DNA from: Candidatus Omnitrophota bacterium
GTDB taxonomy: Bacteria; Omnitrophota; Gorgyraeia; Tantalellales; Tantalellaceae
Direction of reading: 5' to 3'
Length of the DNA stretch: 64,000 bases
Assembly (NCBI GenBank): GCA_015231405.1
Contig: JADGBR010000004.1
Coordinates: 64,189 to 128,188, forward strand
Numbering within the stretch: position 1 is the first letter of the stretch; each line of letters starts with the position of its first letter. This document shows positions 60,655-64,000 of the stretch, piece after piece. Both the position numbers and the translations under genes were made by a program. The notes under the pieces were generated by a model that did no database searches, had not been told where the DNA came from, and saw nothing but the letters and a program-made list of their open reading frames with translations.

Positions 60655-61395
60655 TTATACCTCCAGCGAAAGCGGCTCCCTCGCGACCGTTATGAAAAGC
60701 TCCTCGAGCGTCTTCTTACCATATTCCCCCGGCAATGTCCTGGGGTTACCTTCAAGGAGCGTACGCCCGCGGGAAAGGAAAATAACACGGTCGCAAACCT
60801 CCTCCACCTCGTACATATTGTGCGACGTCCATAGCACCGCTCCGCCCTTACGGGCCGCGAATTCCCGTATCTTGACCCGGATATCCCCGGCGGTAGCCGG
60901 ATCGAGCGACGCCGTGGGTTCGTCCAGAAGCAGTAGTTCCGGAAGGTTCAGCATAGCTTTCGCCAGACTCGCCCTGGTCTGCTCGCCGGAAGAAAGCACC
61001 CCGCATTTCTTTTTCCTGAACCGTTCGAGATCGAACTCGCTTATGACCTCGTCCACCCTATCTTTCAGCCTCTTCACCCCATACAAGAGACCGAACACCC
61101 TTAGATTCTCCTCGACCGTCAGGTTCCCGGGAAGCGGCGTATAAACCGCCGCGAAATTCGTCCGCGAAAGAGCGGTCGAACGCCCCGTGCGGAGGTCCGT
61201 ATCCCCCACGAAAACCGACCCGGTATCCGCATCGAGAACGCCGAGCACTATATTTATGGTAGTTGTCTTCCCGGCCCCGTTAGGGCCAAGGAGCCCGACT
61301 ATCTCGTTCTTTTTGACATCGAAAGAAACCCCGTCGACGGCGGGCGTTCCGCCGTAGGATTTCCGGAGGTCTCTTACTGAAAGAATGCTTACCAT
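60655..61395 (-). CDS. ABC transporter ATP-binding protein (ABC-2 type)
   Basis: 246 aa. Motifs: GPNGAGKTT, LSSGEQTRASLA and LLLDEPTASLD. Confidence 0.9.
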   Translation of the reverse strand: MVSILSVRDLRKSYGGTPAVDGVSFDVKKNEIVGLLGPNGAGKTTTINIVLGVLDADTGSVFVGDTDLRTGRSTALSRTNFAAVYTPLPGNLTVEENLRVFGLLYGVKRLKDRVDEVISEFDLERFRKKKCGVLSSGEQTRASLAKAMLNLPELLLLDEPTASLDPATAGDIRVKIREFAARKGGAVLWTSHNMYEVEEVCDRVIFLSRGRTLLEGNPRTLPGEYGKKTLEELFITVAREPLSLEV

Positions 61396-61423
61396 TGAAG
61401 TTGATTATACCATATGCGTAGAT

Positions 61424-61451
61424 CGTTTAGCGATCAGCGTTTAGCGGTTAG
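61424..61451. repeat. Second copy (inverted) of the CGTTTAGCG direct-repeat motif, immediately upstream of the rubrerythrin promoter
   Basis: cgtttagcgatcagcgtttagcggttag is the exact reverse complement of 52016-52043. Confidence 0.7.
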
Positions 61452-61457
61452 GGCTCC

Positions 61458-61485
61458 TTGACTATCGCCGGGGGTATGATATTAT
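61458..61485 (+). promoter_or_regulatory. Sigma70-like promoter TTGACT-16-TATTAT for the rubrerythrin gene
   Basis: The -35 box is at 61458-61463 and the -10 box at 61480-61485. AAGGAGG RBS is at 61617-61623 and the ATG at 61631. Confidence 0.45.
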
Positions 61486-61630
61486 GAACCCGTACTACTC
61501 CACGGGTTGAAACCCGGGGTTTCCAGGTATGGGTTCATACTGAGGCGGCTTACATGTAACCCAGCCGTTAACGGCGGGGTTTAGCGCCGCCGAATGTATG
61601 GACCTACTAACAAAACAAGGAGGTACGGCA

Positions 61631-62266
61631 ATGTTCTCGAAGATGCTGAAAGTGTCACTGTTCGTTGTTCTTTGCTCGGTCCTTTGCGCGGGAGTTGTTC
61701 TAGCCAAGGAAGAAGCTGCCTCAAAGTCCGCTACCACGCTGGACAACCTTATGGCCGCGTTCAACGGTGAAAGCAACGCCAACGCCAAATACCTGGCATT
61801 CGCGAAAAAGGCCGACGAAGAAGGTTACGGCGCGGTAGCCAGCCTTTTCAGGGCCGCCGCTCAGGCGGAAGAGATCCATTTTAAAAGGCACGCTAAGGTG
61901 ATCGAATCCCTCGGCGGCAAGGCTAAAGCCGAAATCGTCCAGGCATCGGTCAAAACAACCGCCGAAAATCTGCAGAACGCGATCGACGGAGAAACCTACG
62001 AAAGCAAGGTCATGTATCCGGGCTTTCTGGCCAAAGCGAAAAAAGACAAGATAGCGGACGCCATCGACGCTTTTGAGGACGCCATGTCCGCCGAAAAGGT
62101 GCACGCGGATCTCTACAAGAACGCCCTCAAGAATCTCGCAAAAATGAAAGGAGCGGCTAAGGAATATTTCCTTTGCCCGAAATGCGGCAATATTGAGAAA
62201 GCCATACCCGGTCCCTCATGCCCGATATGTATGTTCGATACGAAGAAATTCATATCCGTTAAATAA
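61631..62266 (+). CDS. Rubrerythrin-family protein with N-terminal signal peptide (ferritin-like diiron domain + C-terminal rubredoxin-like CxxC-x-CxxC)
   Basis: Start is at MFSKMLKVSLFVVLCSVLCAGVVLA, which has a strong RBS. ExxH motifs (AQAEEIHFKRH) are present. The C-terminus has CPKCG...CPICM. Confidence 0.8.
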   Translation: MFSKMLKVSLFVVLCSVLCAGVVLAKEEAASKSATTLDNLMAAFNGESNANAKYLAFAKKADEEGYGAVASLFRAAAQAEEIHFKRHAKVIESLGGKAKAEIVQASVKTTAENLQNAIDGETYESKVMYPGFLAKAKKDKIADAIDAFEDAMSAEKVHADLYKNALKNLAKMKGAAKEYFLCPKCGNIEKAIPGPSCPICMFDTKKFISVK

Positions 62267-62294
62267 TACCCCGAAATTCAATACGCCAATAAAA

Positions 62295-62326
62295 AGGCCG
62301 GGATAACTCCCGGCCTTTTTATTTTA
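62295..62326. terminator. Rho-independent terminator (GGCCGGGAtaacTCCCGGCC + T-run); bidirectional for the convergent genes
   Basis: A perfect 8-bp GC-rich stem with a 4-nt loop is followed by TTTTTATTTT on the plus strand and preceded by an A-run (the T-run on the minus strand). Confidence 0.8.
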
Positions 62327-62334
62327 GAGGAACG

Positions 62335-62565
62335 TCACTTTTTTCTGAAATTGAACATATTAGCTTTTACCCATCCCCAATTAAGGTAGATATGCGTAAA
62401 TATCAGGAGGATGAGTATGATCCCGTTATTTGTGTGCACCGCGAATACCATTTTCGGCTTCGGGACGGGGATATGAAATAACATTATCGTGACGGTCGTG
62501 ACCTGGGTCAGCAAAGATAAGGCAAGGACCCTGTTAACAGGTCTCAGTAAAGCGATTTTATTCAT
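62335..62565 (-). CDS. Small membrane protein, DUF4405-like
   Basis: Start is at MNKIALLRP (76 aa). There are two TM helices. The pattern H..W..I..L..TG....H...HIYLNWGWVK is reminiscent of DUF4405. Confidence 0.4.
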   Translation of the reverse strand: MNKIALLRPVNRVLALSLLTQVTTVTIMLFHIPVPKPKMVFAVHTNNGIILILLIFTHIYLNWGWVKANMFNFRKK

Positions 62566-62590
62566 GAACTCCTCCTTTTGTGTCACGATT

Positions 62591-63148
62591 TTAGTAACTC
62601 TTCTCTTTGTACCTGGAATATCCCTGGGGGAGCTCAAATAAAGCGGTATCCTCGGGCCATGTAACCGCGTTCCTGTATTCTACAGTCCACCCGCCGTCTT
62701 CGGCCCTCACGCGGAAGGGAAGGGATGACACGGGATCGAGCCACAATTCAAGGGCCCGGCTCATCCCGTTATCGTCATAGACCACCCGATACCTCGCCAC
62801 TTTCCGGCCGTTCACGGTATCGTTCCCCAGAAATTCACGCTCGATCTCTCCCGGCATCGTTTCCGACGTTCCAGCTATCATCCTGGCGTCCACAGGGCGT
62901 TCAAGATACATCCTTCGCCCAGGCATTAACGCCCAGGTAACACCCTTGTCCCCCCGGACTATATTCACGTCCGCCCCGCTTTCCATCCTGACTTTATTAC
63001 CGGATACGTATACTTTCCCGTCGAAAGAGACCCCGCGGGAAGATGTCACCGTTTCCGACGAAAACTCCAAAGCGGAAGCGTCGCCCGCCCCGGAATGGAA
63101 CAAAACCACCCATAGGAACAACCTGTATCTTTTCAGCTGTAAACCCAT
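62591..63148 (-). CDS. Hypothetical secreted protein (signal peptide)
   Basis: 185 aa. MGLQLKRYRLFLWVVLFHSGAGDASA is a signal peptide. Confidence 0.4.
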   Translation of the reverse strand: MGLQLKRYRLFLWVVLFHSGAGDASALEFSSETVTSSRGVSFDGKVYVSGNKVRMESGADVNIVRGDKGVTWALMPGRRMYLERPVDARMIAGTSETMPGEIEREFLGNDTVNGRKVARYRVVYDDNGMSRALELWLDPVSSLPFRVRAEDGGWTVEYRNAVTWPEDTALFELPQGYSRYKEKSY

Positions 63149-63255
63149 ACTTACCCCTCGATATCGTATGTATCTCTATATTCCCTTCATGTTTTTCGAT
63201 AAACATTTCCTTTAACTTACGCCCCATTTAATATGGTCAGCCTTCCCCTGATTTA

Positions 63256-64000
63256 TTATCCCTTAGGCAATGTGAAAACAACCTCCGCCCCGTTCCTCAT
63301 ACCCTCAGTGACCCAGATCTTCCCGTTATGGGCTTCGACGATCCCTTTAGCTATCGCGAGGCCCAGGCCTATCCCTTTTTTCCCGGCCTTGATCATTTCT
63401 TTTGTTCTCTCGAATTTCACGAACACCCTCTCAAGCGAGTCTTTAGGTATCCCCGGCCCGGTATCTTTAACACGGAATTCGATCGAGGCGACATTCTCGA
63501 TAAGAGAGACCTCCACGGAGCCCCTCTCGGTATATTTCAAAGAATTGCCTATCAGGTTCATAAGCACATGGCTCAGTTTTTCGCCGTCAACCTGGGCGTA
63601 GACGTCTTTTCCGGGAAGCGCGCGGTCAAGCTCCAGCCCCTTCGCCTTGAAGGGAAGAAAAAATCCGTCGCACATCTCATTGATCATTTCCGTGATATTT
63701 ATCTTCTCCTTGCGGAGGCTTATCTTCCCCAGTTCCGTGGCCGCGGATTCACGCAAGTTGTCGACCATTTCCGTGAGCCGGCGCATATTACGCCTCGCCA
63801 TGGTCAGAAAGTTCCGCTGTTCTTTGTTGATATCCCCGGCCATACCATCAAGGATAAAGGCGATGGCTTCGCTCGTTACCGATATGGGGGTTTTCATATC
63901 ATGGATCACCATGCTGAGGATCTCCTGCTTCATCCGGAGCGTCTCGGCGCGCAGAAGCCCGTATCGGATGACACGCTCAAGCACCCCCTTATCCATATTT
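63256..64000 (-). CDS. Sensor histidine kinase, C-terminal portion (HisKA + HATPase_c). The 5' end probably lies outside the window
   Basis: H-box VIHDMKTPISV, N-box NLIGNSLKYT, G1 VKDTGPGIP and G2 GIGLGLAIAKGIVEAHNGKIW are present. Confidence 0.8.
   Translation of the reverse strand, partial: NMDKGVLERVIRYGLLRAETLRMKQEILSMVIHDMKTPISVTSEAIAFILDGMAGDINKEQRNFLTMARRNMRRLTEMVDNLRESAATELGKISLRKEKINITEMINEMCDGFFLPFKAKGLELDRALPGKDVYAQVDGEKLSHVLMNLIGNSLKYTERGSVEVSLIENVASIEFRVKDTGPGIPKDSLERVFVKFERTKEMIKAGKKGIGLGLAIAKGIVEAHNGKIWVTEGMRNGAEVVFTLPKG

Noticed and set aside
61495-61620. GC-rich hairpins (GGGTTGAAACCCGGGGTTTCC etc.) upstream of the rubrerythrin gene that superficially resemble a tRNA or riboswitch
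   Set aside because: I could not fold a cloverleaf with an anticodon arm and a T-loop (GTTC) in the right positions. The region is more simply the 5' leader or operator region.

Overview
This 64 kb window is bacterial, with sigma70-type TTGACA/TATAAT promoters, dense short-overlap operons and an intrinsic terminator. Its anaerobe hallmarks are a rubrerythrin gene and many radical-SAM genes. Bases 1 to about 51.9 kb form one very large accessory-type locus for building and tailoring a cell-surface glycan, and most genes are on the minus strand.

The locus starts with a glycan-type hisH/hisF pair and a hexapeptide acetyltransferase. It then carries:
- at least 10 glycosyltransferases: GT2 (including two polyprenyl-phosphate sugar synthases of the ArnC/GtrB/DPM1 type), a GT-A+GT4 fusion, a CgeB-like GT, and four polytopic GT-C enzymes with a first-loop DE motif (ArnT/PMT-like);
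- a nonulosonic-acid (legionaminic/pseudaminic-type) sub-operon with NeuB-, NeuC- and NeuA-like genes, a DegT aminotransferase and an MsbA-like ABC exporter, driven by its own near-consensus promoter;
- the GDP-fucose pathway (gmd, fcl);
- a WbpB/WbpD-like oxidoreductase/acetyltransferase pair, and an ArnB/ArnA-like aminotransferase/decarboxylase pair;
- 5-6 SAM methyltransferases, one of them FkbM-type;
- a sulfation module (sulfotransferase and a CysQ PAP phosphatase);
- two membrane-anchored SGNH hydrolases.

Most unusually, the locus also holds three paralogous B12-binding radical-SAM enzymes and two radical-SAM/SPASM enzymes interleaved with the sugar genes. Embedded within it are an MntA/HepT toxin-antitoxin pair, an orphan RHH antitoxin, a DUF4143 AAA ATPase, a papain-like C1 peptidase and copies of a previously unrecognised MITE-like repeat family.

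The right-hand 12 kb contains:
- a LOG-family gene;
- a sulfatase-like gene with two mutually inverted 30-bp tandem-repeat arrays;
- an orphan response regulator;
- an odd operon (ABC-2 exporter, two small proteins, and a 934-aa SF2 helicase with a membrane-associated C-terminal region);
- an exported rubrerythrin;
- a partial sensor histidine kinase.

No rRNA, tRNA or CRISPR array was found. All functional calls rest on motif-level reading of the translated ORFs; no database search was possible.
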